Assembly: GCA_016707785.1 (NCBI GenBank)
Contig: JADJGZ010000002.1
Coordinates: 77,033-141,032, forward strand
Direction: 5' to 3'
DNA: 64,000 nucleotides
Origin: Bacteroidales bacterium
Lineage (GTDB): Bacteria > Bacteroidota > Bacteroidia > Bacteroidales > UBA4417
In this document: piece after piece, positions 19,272-29,042 of the stretch
Numbering within the stretch: the stretch's first letter is position 1
Layout: every line of letters begins with the position of its first letter
Program-made: the position numbers and the translations under genes
The notes under the pieces: model-generated
What the model was told of the DNA's origin: nothing
Databases searched by the model: none
The model's input: only the letters and a program-made list of their open reading frames with translations

Positions 19272-19754
19272 TCAGGGTTTTTCCTTAACGATTAAGCCTT
19301 GCCTGGCCCAGAAACCCGTGAGGTTGCCCCATTGAACAATCAGGCGCTTGGCATCCGGGGAATTCCAGTCCTTTTCAATTTCAGCATGGCATTCCAGGCC
19401 TTCACCTTTTCTTTCATGGTGACAAAATCTGCATTCCAGTGGCTCATGTCCTGTGCCGAATAATTCACATAAGCCCCCACTAAAAAAAGTACAGCCTTGT
19501 GTGGCATACACCTCAAGTGCGAAATTTACTTCATTGCCTTTGAAGGCGGGTGATAATACACTAAAGGTACCTTCGGGTGCCATTTCCAGCATCATCCTGT
19601 TTGCGAAACCGGCTGCAATAGCATCTGACGCTTGTGCAACTGTCCACCAGCCGGGACGCTGGCAATAACTCTGACAAATCTCACAACTGCAGGCTTCACT
19701 GGGTGGGAACTTTTGGAGCAGTAAGGAGTGGTTTTCCCTGATTGTCTTTAACAT
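19272..19754 (-). CDS. Cysteine-rich hypothetical protein (possible metal/Fe-S binding)
   Basis: 160 aa with a single long ORF and no signal peptide. Cys clusters are EACSCEICQSYCQRPGWW, GCTFFSGGLCELFG and ECRFCHHERKGEGLECH. I cannot assign a family with confidence. Confidence 0.55.
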   Translation of the reverse strand: MLKTIRENHSLLLQKFPPSEACSCEICQSYCQRPGWWTVAQASDAIAAGFANRMMLEMAPEGTFSVLSPAFKGNEVNFALEVYATQGCTFFSGGLCELFGTGHEPLECRFCHHERKGEGLECHAEIEKDWNSPDAKRLIVQWGNLTGFWARQGLIVKEKP

Positions 19755-19816
19755 ATATCGGCTTAATAATCCTGCAAAGTAAAGTAAAATAACGGGAAGC
19801 AGTTCCTTCTTATATA

Positions 19817-20713
19817 TTACTCACTCAGAAAACCAAATTTACCAGCTTCCACATCTGCATAAGCCTGAATCAATTCATCGCGGGTATTCATCACAAACGG
19901 CCCATAAGCAGCAATGGGTTCATTAATCGGTTCGGCACTCATTACCAGAACGATTGAAGGTGAAATAGCCCGAAGGGAGAATTCATTACCATCATTTGCC
20001 ATCAGGACGAATCTGTTCTCTTCAGCAAGTTTTTGTTCGTTAACGATGATCTCTCCTTCGATAACAAGCAAAGCTGTAAGATAATGCTGCGGAAATGAAA
20101 ATATGGCTTCTCCTTCAGCCTTGAGATTTGCATTCATCAGGTGAACCGGGGTAAAAGTAGTTGCCGGTCCTTTGACCTCTCCATACTCTCCGGAAATCAC
20201 TTCCACAGATCCTGCTTTACCCGGCAACTCATGCCGGCTTATCATCTCTTTCGTAATAGCCTGGTATTTAGGTGGTGACATTTTATGTGCTGCAGGCAGG
20301 TTTACCCATAATTGCACCATCTGGAAATTACCACCCATCCGGCTGAACTCCTCTTCATGGTATTCCTTATGTAATATTCCCGATGCAGCAGTCATCCACT
20401 GAACCTCTCCTTCCCCGATAATACCGCTATTGCCGGCACTATCATGGTGAGCGACCTTACCCTGGTAAGCAATGGTAACGGTTTCGAAACCCCTGTGAGG
20501 ATGTACACCAACACCCCGGGGTTTTTCGCTGGGTGGAAAATAATGCTTCGATCCATAATCAAGCATAATGAAAGGATTGGTTCTCTCCATCCCACCGGGA
20601 ATGGCACCCGGAATAAAATTGTGCACCCTGAAACCATCCCCAACCATATGGGGTGCCGGAGGAGCTATAATCCGGTCGATGGAACGGATTGGAAGTTTAT
20701 TCTGCGTTGTCAT
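19817..20713 (-). CDS. Pirin-family bicupin protein
   Basis: 298 aa. The N-terminal cupin metal site is GVGVHPHRGFETVTIAYQGKVAHHDSAGN, and the length and bicupin layout are typical of pirin/YhhW. Confidence 0.88.
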   Translation of the reverse strand: MTTQNKLPIRSIDRIIAPPAPHMVGDGFRVHNFIPGAIPGGMERTNPFIMLDYGSKHYFPPSEKPRGVGVHPHRGFETVTIAYQGKVAHHDSAGNSGIIGEGEVQWMTAASGILHKEYHEEEFSRMGGNFQMVQLWVNLPAAHKMSPPKYQAITKEMISRHELPGKAGSVEVISGEYGEVKGPATTFTPVHLMNANLKAEGEAIFSFPQHYLTALLVIEGEIIVNEQKLAEENRFVLMANDGNEFSLRAISPSIVLVMSAEPINEPIAAYGPFVMNTRDELIQAYADVEAGKFGFLSE

Positions 20714-20843
20714 TTCAATAAAATTGAAAATTCTTGGATTCTTGAATTCAGAAATTTTGGAACAGTTATTTGTGGATATAAACAGTCAAGGTGCCATTCT
20801 CGTCTATATAAACCAGAATGGCACCTGATGACTATCTAAAGCA

Positions 20844-21428
20844 TTAATCTTTTGAGAACTCAGCATTACAAATGATCTGAACCTCATCACTCACAATGGC
20901 TGAAGGAGTTTCACCACCAATTCCAAAATCGGACCTTTTCAATGACCCGGTAATTTTAAAACCGGCAATTTCTTTTTTACTGTAAGGATTCACACCTGTT
21001 TTGGCAACTACATTCAGTCCAACAGGTTTTGTTACACCATGCATAGTAAGATTGCCTTTCACATAATAAGTATTTGCAGTCTTGGTCTTCTTGAAGTAGA
21101 AGCTCTTAAATGTAATGGTCGGATATTTCTGAGCGTCAAAAAAATCCGCCGATTTTAAATGTTCATCCCTCTTTTCGTTATCTGTGAAAATGGAGGATGC
21201 ATCAGCTGTTAATTCGACAACTGCATCTGTGAAATCGGGATTAGTGGTGGTAAGTGTGGCAGTGGCATTTTTGAAATAGCCTTCCACATCGGAGATCATC
21301 ATATGTGTTACGCTGAACCCGACTTTTGCGTGGGCTTTATCATAGGTCCAGGTAGATTTTTCAACTACTGTAAAGGATAAATATCCAAGAGCCAGCACGA
21401 TTACGGTTATTATTCCTGCTTTTTTCAT
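20844..21428 (-). CDS. YceI-family periplasmic polyisoprenoid-binding-like protein
   Basis: 194 aa with a signal peptide. YceI-like sequence is DKAHAKVGFSVTHMMISDVEGYFK...FTDNEKRDEHLKSADFFDAQKYPTITFKS. Confidence 0.85.
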   Translation of the reverse strand: MKKAGIITVIVLALGYLSFTVVEKSTWTYDKAHAKVGFSVTHMMISDVEGYFKNATATLTTTNPDFTDAVVELTADASSIFTDNEKRDEHLKSADFFDAQKYPTITFKSFYFKKTKTANTYYVKGNLTMHGVTKPVGLNVVAKTGVNPYSKKEIAGFKITGSLKRSDFGIGGETPSAIVSDEVQIICNAEFSKD

Positions 21429-21547
21429 AGTACAAAGATTTAATTGGGTTACTTGATTAGATTTTGTCTCGATTCCGAAATATTAAGATGATAGTTCTAT
21501 GAATTCTAACATTTCGGAAGTGAATAATGTTTTGTTTCGTTGCGATC

Positions 21548-22417
21548 TTATCCTTCCTGGTATACAGCCTTCAGATAATCACTTATCGAAACGGGTTTTC
21601 TGTTTAGTAAGGTTTCCAGGTCATTATTTTCAAAATCGAATTCCCCTTGTTTAATTGCTTCACTGAAGCCGCCAAACATGGCAATGATTCCTTCGGGTAC
21701 ACCTGAAGAAGTAAGGGTTGTTTTGAACTCTTCAGGGGAAGCATCAGTATATCTTACTGGTGCTCCAGAAATCTCAGATAGAATTCCAGCTACATCTTCA
21801 AAAGAAGACGTCTCATTTGCAGCTGTCTGGTAGATCTTGTTTTCATGTCCTTTCCCAACCAGGATATTTGCAGCTGCTTCGGCCATATCATTGCGCAGTG
21901 TGAATGCTGCTTTGCCATTACCCGCCGGTAAATAAATACCGGTTTCAAACACTTTTTCTCCCAGGAACCAGGGAATAATGTCTGCATAAAGTCCGTTTTG
22001 CAGAATGGTATAAGTCAGTCCGGAGGCTTTGATTTCTTTCTCAGCTACAAGGTGAGCTTCTGAAATAAACTGTATAGGTGAATTTACTTCGTTCTTACGT
22101 TGGAAACTTGTGTAGATGATATGACCGACTCCTGCTTCCCTGGCAGCTTTTATAGCATTGGTGTGCTGGCTAGCCCTGTCATTAATATCAGAAGATGAAA
22201 CCAAAAGCAGTTTGTCAATATCTTGAAAAGCTTCAACTAATGAAGAATAATCGCGATAATCTCCTAACCTGAGTGAAATTCCTTTCTGTGTCAGGTCTTT
22301 TGCTTTTTCAGTATCACGCACTAAGGCCGTTATTTCTGTGGCTGGAACACCCCTGGCCAGGAGAAAGTCGATAGTGGCTTTCCCGAAGTTTCCTGTTGCG
22401 CCTGTAATCATTATCAT
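21548..22417 (-). CDS. NmrA-family / SDR-type NAD(P)H-binding oxidoreductase
   Basis: 289 aa. It has an N-terminal Rossmann motif ITGATGNFG and an NmrA-like layout. It is divergently paired with an HxlR regulator. Confidence 0.85.
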   Translation of the reverse strand: MIMITGATGNFGKATIDFLLARGVPATEITALVRDTEKAKDLTQKGISLRLGDYRDYSSLVEAFQDIDKLLLVSSSDINDRASQHTNAIKAAREAGVGHIIYTSFQRKNEVNSPIQFISEAHLVAEKEIKASGLTYTILQNGLYADIIPWFLGEKVFETGIYLPAGNGKAAFTLRNDMAEAAANILVGKGHENKIYQTAANETSSFEDVAGILSEISGAPVRYTDASPEEFKTTLTSSGVPEGIIAMFGGFSEAIKQGEFDFENNDLETLLNRKPVSISDYLKAVYQEG

Positions 22418-22462
22418 AAAATATTTTTTTCAATTGTTTTGTGATTGCAAAAATACATACCT

Positions 22463-22516
22463 TTGCTATACTTTTGTAACCACTATACTTTTGTATAGCA
22501 CTATACTTTTGTATAG
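22463..22516. promoter_or_regulatory. Tandem 18-bp operator-like repeats in the NmrA/HxlR divergent promoter
   Basis: CACTATACTTTTGTATAG occurs as two perfect adjacent copies (22481-22498, 22499-22516). A degenerate third copy TTGCTATACTTTTGTAAC lies at 22463-22480. Each unit contains the inverted repeat CTATAC-TTTT-GTATAG. The block ends 21 nt before the HxlR ATG. Confidence 0.55.
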
Positions 22517-22537
22517 CGATCTTAATATCAATTAATT

Positions 22538-22909
22538 ATGAGCTCAATAGAAGACCTGAATAAAGTAAAGAGTTGCCCAACTCATTTTGTTTTAGCCATC
22601 AATGATACCTTAAATGTACTGGTAGGCAAATGGAAACTACCCATTATTGGTTCCTTATTGTTCGGGAAGAAGCGATTTAGGGAATTGGAAAGGGAAATAC
22701 CGAGAATTACCCCACGAATGCTTTCAAAAGAGTTGAAAGACCTTGAAATCAATGGCATTGTCAAACGAACGGTTTTTGATACCATCCCTGTTATGGTAGA
22801 ATATGAACTTACCGAGTCAGGGCGCTCCTTACATAGCGTGTTGGATGCAATGATTGCCTGGGGACTTGACCATCGGAAAATGGCCATTTCTTCGGAAAAA
22901 GCTGCTTAA
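22538..22909 (+). CDS. HxlR-family winged-helix transcriptional regulator
   Basis: 123 aa. It has the HxlR signature VLVGKWKLPIIGSLLFGKKRFRELEREIPRITPRMLSKELKDLEINGIVKR...VEYELTESG. Confidence 0.9.
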   Translation: MSSIEDLNKVKSCPTHFVLAINDTLNVLVGKWKLPIIGSLLFGKKRFRELEREIPRITPRMLSKELKDLEINGIVKRTVFDTIPVMVEYELTESGRSLHSVLDAMIAWGLDHRKMAISSEKAA

Positions 22910-23004
22910 TTGAATTTTCACTATTACTACAGTCTCCCTCTTCTTCTTTTTTGTATTACTTTACACTATAATTTGTCACTGATCTTCAAACAAAACCAAT
23001 AAAG

Positions 23005-24484
23005 ATGAAAAATGCGATTCTGTTCAGTTCGTTAATTCTTCTCATAGTCGGCTGCAAGCAAACCTCCACAACTCAAAAGAATCCGGACGACAAGTCAGTA
23101 TCCGGCATAGAGGTTATCAATAAAGGAAACCCGGCGTATGAAACCTTCTTTGCAGCAAATACTCTGCGCCTCGACTATTTCCACAACGGTAATCAGAAAG
23201 AAGAGCATTTTTCTGTAGATAAGGTGGTATCAGATGGCAGTTGGCCCGGGAGCAAAACACAACTTATCGACGCGCTGGAATTAGGGCTTTACCTGTTTAA
23301 GGTTGTTGATAAAGAAACCCATCAGCTCCTCTATTCAAGAGGCTTTGCCAGTGTATTTGGCGAATGGCAGACTACTCCTGAAGCCGACAGCACCTGGGGC
23401 ACATTTCACGAGTCCATTCGGTTTCCCTGGCCTCTGAAACCAGTTATCGTTCAAATGGAGAAAAGAGATGCTGAAAACAAATTCAAACCCATCTGGTCTA
23501 CCATTATTGATCCGGCATCCCGACAGGTTACCAATGCTGAATTGCCACACACTTTTCAATCGCAGGTAGTATTCGAAAACGGCCCGGCTGAATCGAAGGT
23601 AGACCTGGTGATTCTTGGTGATGGATATACTACACAGGAGATGGGTAAATTCCAGCAGGATGCTAAACGATTAACAGAGGCATTATTTTCTGCTGAACCT
23701 TTTAAATCGAGAAAGGCTGATTTTAACGTTCGAACGGTTGAAACCCCAGCCATGGAATCAGGTGTAGCCAAACCACACCATCATATCTTTAAACGCACTC
23801 CACTTTCCGCTCACTATAGTAGTTTTGACTCGGAAAGATATGTACTGACCTACGATAACAGAACCGTCAGGAATGTGGCTTCTGCCGTTCCCTATGATTT
23901 CATGGTCATACTTGGTAAATGAACAAACCTATGGAGGTGGCGGGATTTATAACCTCTACACTACCGTTTCTTCTGATAATAAATTTGCTGAGTATATCAT
24001 GATCCATGAGTTGGGGCACCATATTGCCGCCCTCGCCGATGAGTATTATACTTCTTCTGTAGCCTATGAAGTTCCGGCAATCACTGTTGAACCCTGGGAA
24101 ACCAATATCACTGCCCTTTTCGACAAGAATAACATCAAATGGAAAGACCTGGTTGAACCGGGAACGCCTCTTCCCACCCCCTGGGAGAAGGAAGCCTTTG
24201 ACAAATTTGGCTATGAGATACAAAAGTCCCGTGATAGTATCAGGGCTGCTTTATTGCCGGAATCAGTTATGGAAGATCTTTTTGTAAGGCAAATGGCCGG
24301 TGAGGATGCCTATTTTTCTAAAGAAAAGTATAAGGACAAAGTAGGCGCTTTTGAAGGAGCCGGTTATACTCCCAAAGGCTTATACCGTTCGCAGCTCGAT
24401 TGCATCATGTACACCCGTCATATGCAGTTTTGCAAGGTGTGCCAACGCAGCTTGGGAAACGTTTTCGATCAATACTCAAAATAA
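23005..24484 (+). pseudogene. M64 (IgA-peptidase-like) zinc metallopeptidase lipoprotein, interrupted by a +1 frameshift as assembled
   Basis: ORFs 23005-23922 and 23873-24484 are two halves of one M64 protein. The first ends ...VPYDFMVILGK* and the second continues ...LVNEQTYGGGGIYNLYTT...IMIHELGHHIAALADEYY (HExxH). Removing one G at 23914-23915 restores ...DFMVILVNEQTYGGGG.... The lipobox is LIVGC-KQ. Confidence 0.85.
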
Positions 24485-24505
24485 TTATACCTCTTACCGG
24501 CTTAA

Positions 24506-26083
24506 TTAATGCCGGATTATCAGTTTCCTTGTGTATACCTCTGTTCCACAGACGATTCTTGCCAGGTAAATTCCATTTGGCAGTGCTGAAAGATCAAGGG
24601 TGCAAACATGGTTTCTGAAATCCACAGGATAGTTCCGGACTTGTCCACTGTTGCTGATGATTTGGATACTTTGTACTGAAGTGCTTTTTTTTGCCTCCAG
24701 TACAAAGGCTGTCAGACCGGAAGTGGGATTTGGAAATATTTTGAATGCAGATTCATCCTCCGGGCTTTCATCTGTTCCACCAATAAAATCGACACAGCCT
24801 TCCTTGATATCCGGGAAATCCTGAACCACCGGTAGTGATAAATGATTCTGAGTAAAACCTGATTGCCAACTGAAGGTTATTGAAGCGGTATCCATTGAAA
24901 CATTCTTAAGCCCTCCCGAGAATTCATAGGTGCAATCAACTCCTTTCCCATTCGAGTCAGCCAAAATGATACCAATATGAGGATTCGGATTGGCCCCCTT
25001 TTTCACTCCATATATGGGTCCAGTGCCAACAATCATTAGACCTCCATCATGGTTTTCAAGTACATCTACCGGTTCCATAAATAGGCTGCTCATCCAGGAT
25101 AAGCTTCCATCCATTCCAATCTTCATTAATATTCCAAATTGCCCAGGCGTCACTAAAACAAAGTGATTGTCAGAGGTCTTGTGTAATTTAGGAAAGTTAT
25201 TATTAAAATTAAATGAATACATAGCTGAATATTTCTTACTCCACAGAACATTCCCTGAGAGATCCATCTTCATTACGATAGGTTCGAAATAATTATATGA
25301 AAACAGATTGATAAACATAGCATTACCATCGATTATCAAACCACTGCCAGTATAAAAGTCAGAACTGGAAACTTCATAAGATTTTGACCAGATAATATCC
25401 CCCTGGTCAGAAATTTTCATTACAAAAGGCTTTGCCATAAAAGGATTAAGGTTTTCAACGATGCCGGTAAGGACAAATTCACCCCCGGCTGTTTCATTGA
25501 TAGAATTCACCTTGTTTTCATTATTAAACGCAGTATAATTCCTTGCCCAGAGTACATTTCCATCGGCGTTCAGCCGGGCGACAAAAATCCTCGAGTACGG
25601 ATTTGTCGAATAACCCAGATTTCCAGACATGATAAATCCGTGATCGGCAGTTTGCTGAAGGCTGGTTACATTGCACCATGAACCAAAGTCGATGGATTTT
25701 GCCCATAGGGTATCGCCATCAATATTGATTTTGACATAGTAAACAACAGCATTGGGGTCAACCTCTGCATAACTTTCGCCTGCCACCACAAAGCAGGAAT
25801 CGTGGGTGGGCGCAATAGCCCAGAACTCTTCATAGAAATCATCCCCAATTTTAAATGCCCAGTCCAGGTTGGCTTCAGCATCCAGTTTCATAATAAGGCC
25901 GCTACCCGAGTGCTGTCCGCAAAGCAGGAAACCCTGATCATAGGTGTTTACGATTGCATTGGCCTTAACCGGATTTGACATATCATAAAAAACTCTGGAG
26001 ACCTTGGGCTGCTGAGCGTTGAGAATGTGTCCCATAAAAAGTAAAAACACAAAAAGGTTGATAAACTTCAAATGTATATTCAT
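24506..26083 (-). CDS. Secreted repeat (beta-propeller-like) protein of unknown function with T9SS C-terminal sorting domain
   Basis: 525 aa with a signal peptide. It carries reiterated ~45-aa segments with G(D/N)xLW(A/S)K motifs (GDTLWAKS, GNVLWARN, GDIIWSKS, GNVLWSKK). The C-terminus FKIFPNPTSGLTAFVL...NGIYLARIVCGTEVYTRKLIIRH is a Por-secretion tail. Confidence 0.7.
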   Translation of the reverse strand: MNIHLKFINLFVFLLFMGHILNAQQPKVSRVFYDMSNPVKANAIVNTYDQGFLLCGQHSGSGLIMKLDAEANLDWAFKIGDDFYEEFWAIAPTHDSCFVVAGESYAEVDPNAVVYYVKINIDGDTLWAKSIDFGSWCNVTSLQQTADHGFIMSGNLGYSTNPYSRIFVARLNADGNVLWARNYTAFNNENKVNSINETAGGEFVLTGIVENLNPFMAKPFVMKISDQGDIIWSKSYEVSSSDFYTGSGLIIDGNAMFINLFSYNYFEPIVMKMDLSGNVLWSKKYSAMYSFNFNNNFPKLHKTSDNHFVLVTPGQFGILMKIGMDGSLSWMSSLFMEPVDVLENHDGGLMIVGTGPIYGVKKGANPNPHIGIILADSNGKGVDCTYEFSGGLKNVSMDTASITFSWQSGFTQNHLSLPVVQDFPDIKEGCVDFIGGTDESPEDESAFKIFPNPTSGLTAFVLEAKKSTSVQSIQIISNSGQVRNYPVDFRNHVCTLDLSALPNGIYLARIVCGTEVYTRKLIIRH

Positions 26084-26144
26084 CTTGCTATAATTTAATA
26101 GATTGATTGACGACTTTATTGTTTTGAAATTATGGGAAGGGCGG

Positions 26145-26231
26145 ATGGCTAATGTCGAATGTCGGATGTTGGATGGCGGATGTTGGTGAATGTTGGATTG
26201 TGGATGTTAGATTTCAGAATTCAGAGGTCAG
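26145..26231. repeat. Degenerate heptanucleotide tandem array (ATGTYGG family)
   Basis: Twelve phased 7-mers are present: ATGGCTA ATGTCGA ATGTCGG ATGTTGG ATGGCGG ATGTTGG (TGA) ATGTTGG ATTGTGG ATGTTAG ATTTCAG AATTCAG AGGTCAG. The unit is the same as in the arrays at 42.6-42.8 kb. Confidence 0.8.
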
Positions 26232-26434
26232 ATTAGCCTGATTATCAGGTATTAATATCGCCAACGGTTTTTCTCCATTTCTTTCTCAACTTTTCTAAAA
26301 TATTTAAGTTCAATCATTCTGAATTCTCCCGAAGGGAAGCCTTTGGCTTGAATTCTTGAATTCTAAGCCACAGATGCTCATTCAGGCCTGATTTTTAAAG
26401 ATACGAAGAATCCTGTCTGGATGGTGTTGGTTCA

Positions 26435-27469
26435 TCAATAACTTGTATCATCGAGTTTAACCTTTCCGCGGAATGTGCGATAGACAAAAAGGGTATAGAT
26501 TCCTACCATTGGAGCACCGATCAGCACAATAATCAGCATGGTTTTGAGTGCCTTAATCGAAGAGGCAGCGCTATAAACTGTGATATTATAAGCAGGGTCG
26601 ATCGTTGATAATAATAATACCGGGTAAAGTTCAATAGCCACGAGGATTAGCAGTAAACTCATGGTAAGTGAAGAAAACAGGAATGCATTCCTGAATTTGC
26701 GCTTGCTAACCAGTCGGGGAATGTTTGCTATACTGAGAAAAGCCAGGACAGGAACAATCCAGAGGATCGGATTTCCCAGCAGGTGATCCGACAGATGAGG
26801 AATACTTAGAAGGGTTAATATTGTGGTTACAACAAAAGTGACCACAAAAAACAGGATAGCCTTTTTGAGTAAAACATAGATTTTAGCAAAAAGTCTTCCT
26901 TCTGTTTTCATTGCCAGGTAGATGGCACCATGAACCATAAATAAGGCCAGGGTAGTCAAACCCACCAGTATTGCATATGGATTCAGGAATTGCAGCCAGT
27001 GGCCTTTAAATTCATAATCCGGACCAATGGCAATCCCTTGTAAAACATTCCCCAAAACAACACCCAGCAGAAAAGCCAGCATTGCGCTTGAAATGCAATA
27101 AGAAATATCCCAAAGCATCCTCCACCATGCCATGGGTTCCTTGCTGCGAAATTCAATAGAAACCGCCCTGAAAATCAAAAAGGCCAGGAAAAGCATGAAA
27201 GGAATATACATTGCAGAAAAAAGAGTGGCATACATTACGGGGAAGCCAGCAAAAAGAGCACCTCCTCCAATCACCAGCCATACTTCATTACCATCCCATA
27301 CCGGCCCGATTGCATTTATTGCGATCCTTCGGCTTTCTTCCTTCCGGAAAAAAAGATGCCAGGCTCCGGCTCCCAGGTCAAATCCATCCAGGATGGCATA
27401 TCCCGAAAAAAGTGCTCCTACTACCAGGAACCATAAGGTGGGATAATCGATACCAAGAAATGTTTCCAT
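26435..27469 (-). CDS. cydB: Cytochrome bd ubiquinol oxidase subunit II
   Basis: 344 aa polytopic membrane protein. The N-terminus ...LWFLVVGALFSGYAILDGFDLGAG...GPVWDGNEVWLV is typical of CydB. It lies 12 nt downstream of cydA. Confidence 0.92.
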   Translation of the reverse strand: METFLGIDYPTLWFLVVGALFSGYAILDGFDLGAGAWHLFFRKEESRRIAINAIGPVWDGNEVWLVIGGGALFAGFPVMYATLFSAMYIPFMLFLAFLIFRAVSIEFRSKEPMAWWRMLWDISYCISSAMLAFLLGVVLGNVLQGIAIGPDYEFKGHWLQFLNPYAILVGLTTLALFMVHGAIYLAMKTEGRLFAKIYVLLKKAILFFVVTFVVTTILTLLSIPHLSDHLLGNPILWIVPVLAFLSIANIPRLVSKRKFRNAFLFSSLTMSLLLILVAIELYPVLLLSTIDPAYNITVYSAASSIKALKTMLIIVLIGAPMVGIYTLFVYRTFRGKVKLDDTSY

Positions 27470-27481
27470 CTTCGTTATTTA

Positions 27482-28858
27482 TCAGGATTCTACAATTTCA
27501 GCTATTTCATGCTGGCGCGGGCGATCTTCAATTTCAGATTCATCATAGGGGCCATGTTTGATCTTTCTATCCAGCAAATAGATAAAAAGAGCAAATAATA
27601 ACACATAGATAAAGGTAAACATGACCAACGAAAAGATGATCTGGTTGGCTGTGACTGATTTGGAAAAAGCATCGCTGGTTCTTAATAAACCATAGACTAC
27701 CCATGGCTGACGGCCCATTTCGGCAGCAAACCACCCTGCCTGGTTTGCCAGTTGTGGCAAAAGCACAGCCCACACAAAGATTGTCAGTAACCATCGGCTG
27801 GTAAATAATTTTCCCCTCCACCATAACCAGCTAGCCAGGAGTGTTAAGCCAATCATAGCCATTCCAATGGCAATCATAAGGTGATAAAATTGAAACACTG
27901 CATTTACGGCTGAGGGGCGATCTTTTTCAGGGAAAGCATTCAGTCCGGTTACCGGCTTTTTAAAATCGAAATTTGTCAGGAAGCTTAATCCTCCCGGAAC
28001 TGCAGGGCCATAAACCTTCTGATTCTCTTTGTCGACCCAGCCAAACAGGTACATATCAGCTACTGCCAGGCTATCAAAATGGCCTTCAAAAGCTGCAAGT
28101 TTAACCGGTTGGTTTTTAGCCACCCCAATAGAGGATTGGTGGCCGGTAAGCAATTGAGAGACAGAAAAGAGGGTGGCAACTACCAGGGCAATCTTAAAAG
28201 CTTTTTGTGATAATTCAACATAGCGGTTTTTCAGCAGGTAATACCCATGAACACTCAATACCAGGAATGCACCTGCAAGGAGAGCCCCTATCCATACATG
28301 TAACAATCTCTCAACGCTGGAAGGATTAAAAACCATCGCCCAGAAATCAGTAATTTCAGCACGGGCATTTATACCTTCACCTACAATATGATATCCTGCC
28401 GGAGTTTGCTGCCAGCTGTTGGCTACTACTATCCAAACAGCTGAAAACATTGATCCCAGCCAGACTCCCAGGGTTGCAATAAAATGAACAGGGGGTTTAA
28501 CGCGGTTCCAGCCAAAGAGCAAAACCCCCAGGAAACCACTCTCAAGGGCAAAGGCAAAGATTCCTTCTGCTGCCAGTGCACTGCCAAAAACATCGCCGAC
28601 ATACCTGGAGTAAGTTGCCCAGTTGGTCCCGAATTCAAACTCCATGACAATTCCTGTGGCTACCCCAATTCCAAAAGTCAGGGCAAAAATTCGCGTCCAG
28701 AACCGGGCCATCTGCTCATATATCTTCTGACCAGTTTTCAGATACATGCCTTCCATGATCACCATGATCAATCCAAGCCCAATACTTAAAGGGGGATAGA
28801 TATAATGAAATGAGATTGTGAAAGCAAATTGTATTCTGGCCAGAATTTCAGTTTCCAT
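27482..28858 (-). CDS. cydA: Cytochrome bd ubiquinol oxidase subunit I
   Basis: The CydA N-terminus is [29 protein letters not shown], with downstream [16 protein letters not shown] and [16 protein letters not shown] chose ATG at 28858 rather than the ORF-track start 28957. The extra 33 aa have no CydA counterpart. Confidence 0.92.
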   Translation of the reverse strand: METEILARIQFAFTISFHYIYPPLSIGLGLIMVIMEGMYLKTGQKIYEQMARFWTRIFALTFGIGVATGIVMEFEFGTNWATYSRYVGDVFGSALAAEGIFAFALESGFLGVLLFGWNRVKPPVHFIATLGVWLGSMFSAVWIVVANSWQQTPAGYHIVGEGINARAEITDFWAMVFNPSSVERLLHVWIGALLAGAFLVLSVHGYYLLKNRYVELSQKAFKIALVVATLFSVSQLLTGHQSSIGVAKNQPVKLAAFEGHFDSLAVADMYLFGWVDKENQKVYGPAVPGGLSFLTNFDFKKPVTGLNAFPEKDRPSAVNAVFQFYHLMIAIGMAMIGLTLLASWLWWRGKLFTSRWLLTIFVWAVLLPQLANQAGWFAAEMGRQPWVVYGLLRTSDAFSKSVTANQIIFSLVMFTFIYVLLFALFIYLLDRKIKHGPYDESEIEDRPRQHEIAEIVES

Positions 28859-29042
28859 TGTGCAATATGTTTTAATATTATGCCACCCCCACCATACTGT
28901 TAATGAAATAACAAACGGTGTGTTGAAGATGTTCGCCATCAATGTATCAATTATCAAAATTATTCAATACTGATGATAATTTCTCAATGACATATTTAAT
29001 TCAGGTAAATAAATTGTAGGATTCTTTTTATTTTTATTGCGT

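Noticed and set aside
22338-22535. 65-aa ORF spanning the NmrA start and the 18-bp repeats
   Set aside because: It runs antisense over the NmrA N-terminus and then reads through the tandem operator-like repeats (giving the repeated peptide TILLYS). It is an artefact of the repeat.
28859-28957. 33-aa N-terminal extension of cydA in the ORF track
   Set aside because: CydA proteins begin close to the conserved ...[10 protein letters not shown]... helix, and the extension has no counterpart. Start choice remains slightly uncertain.
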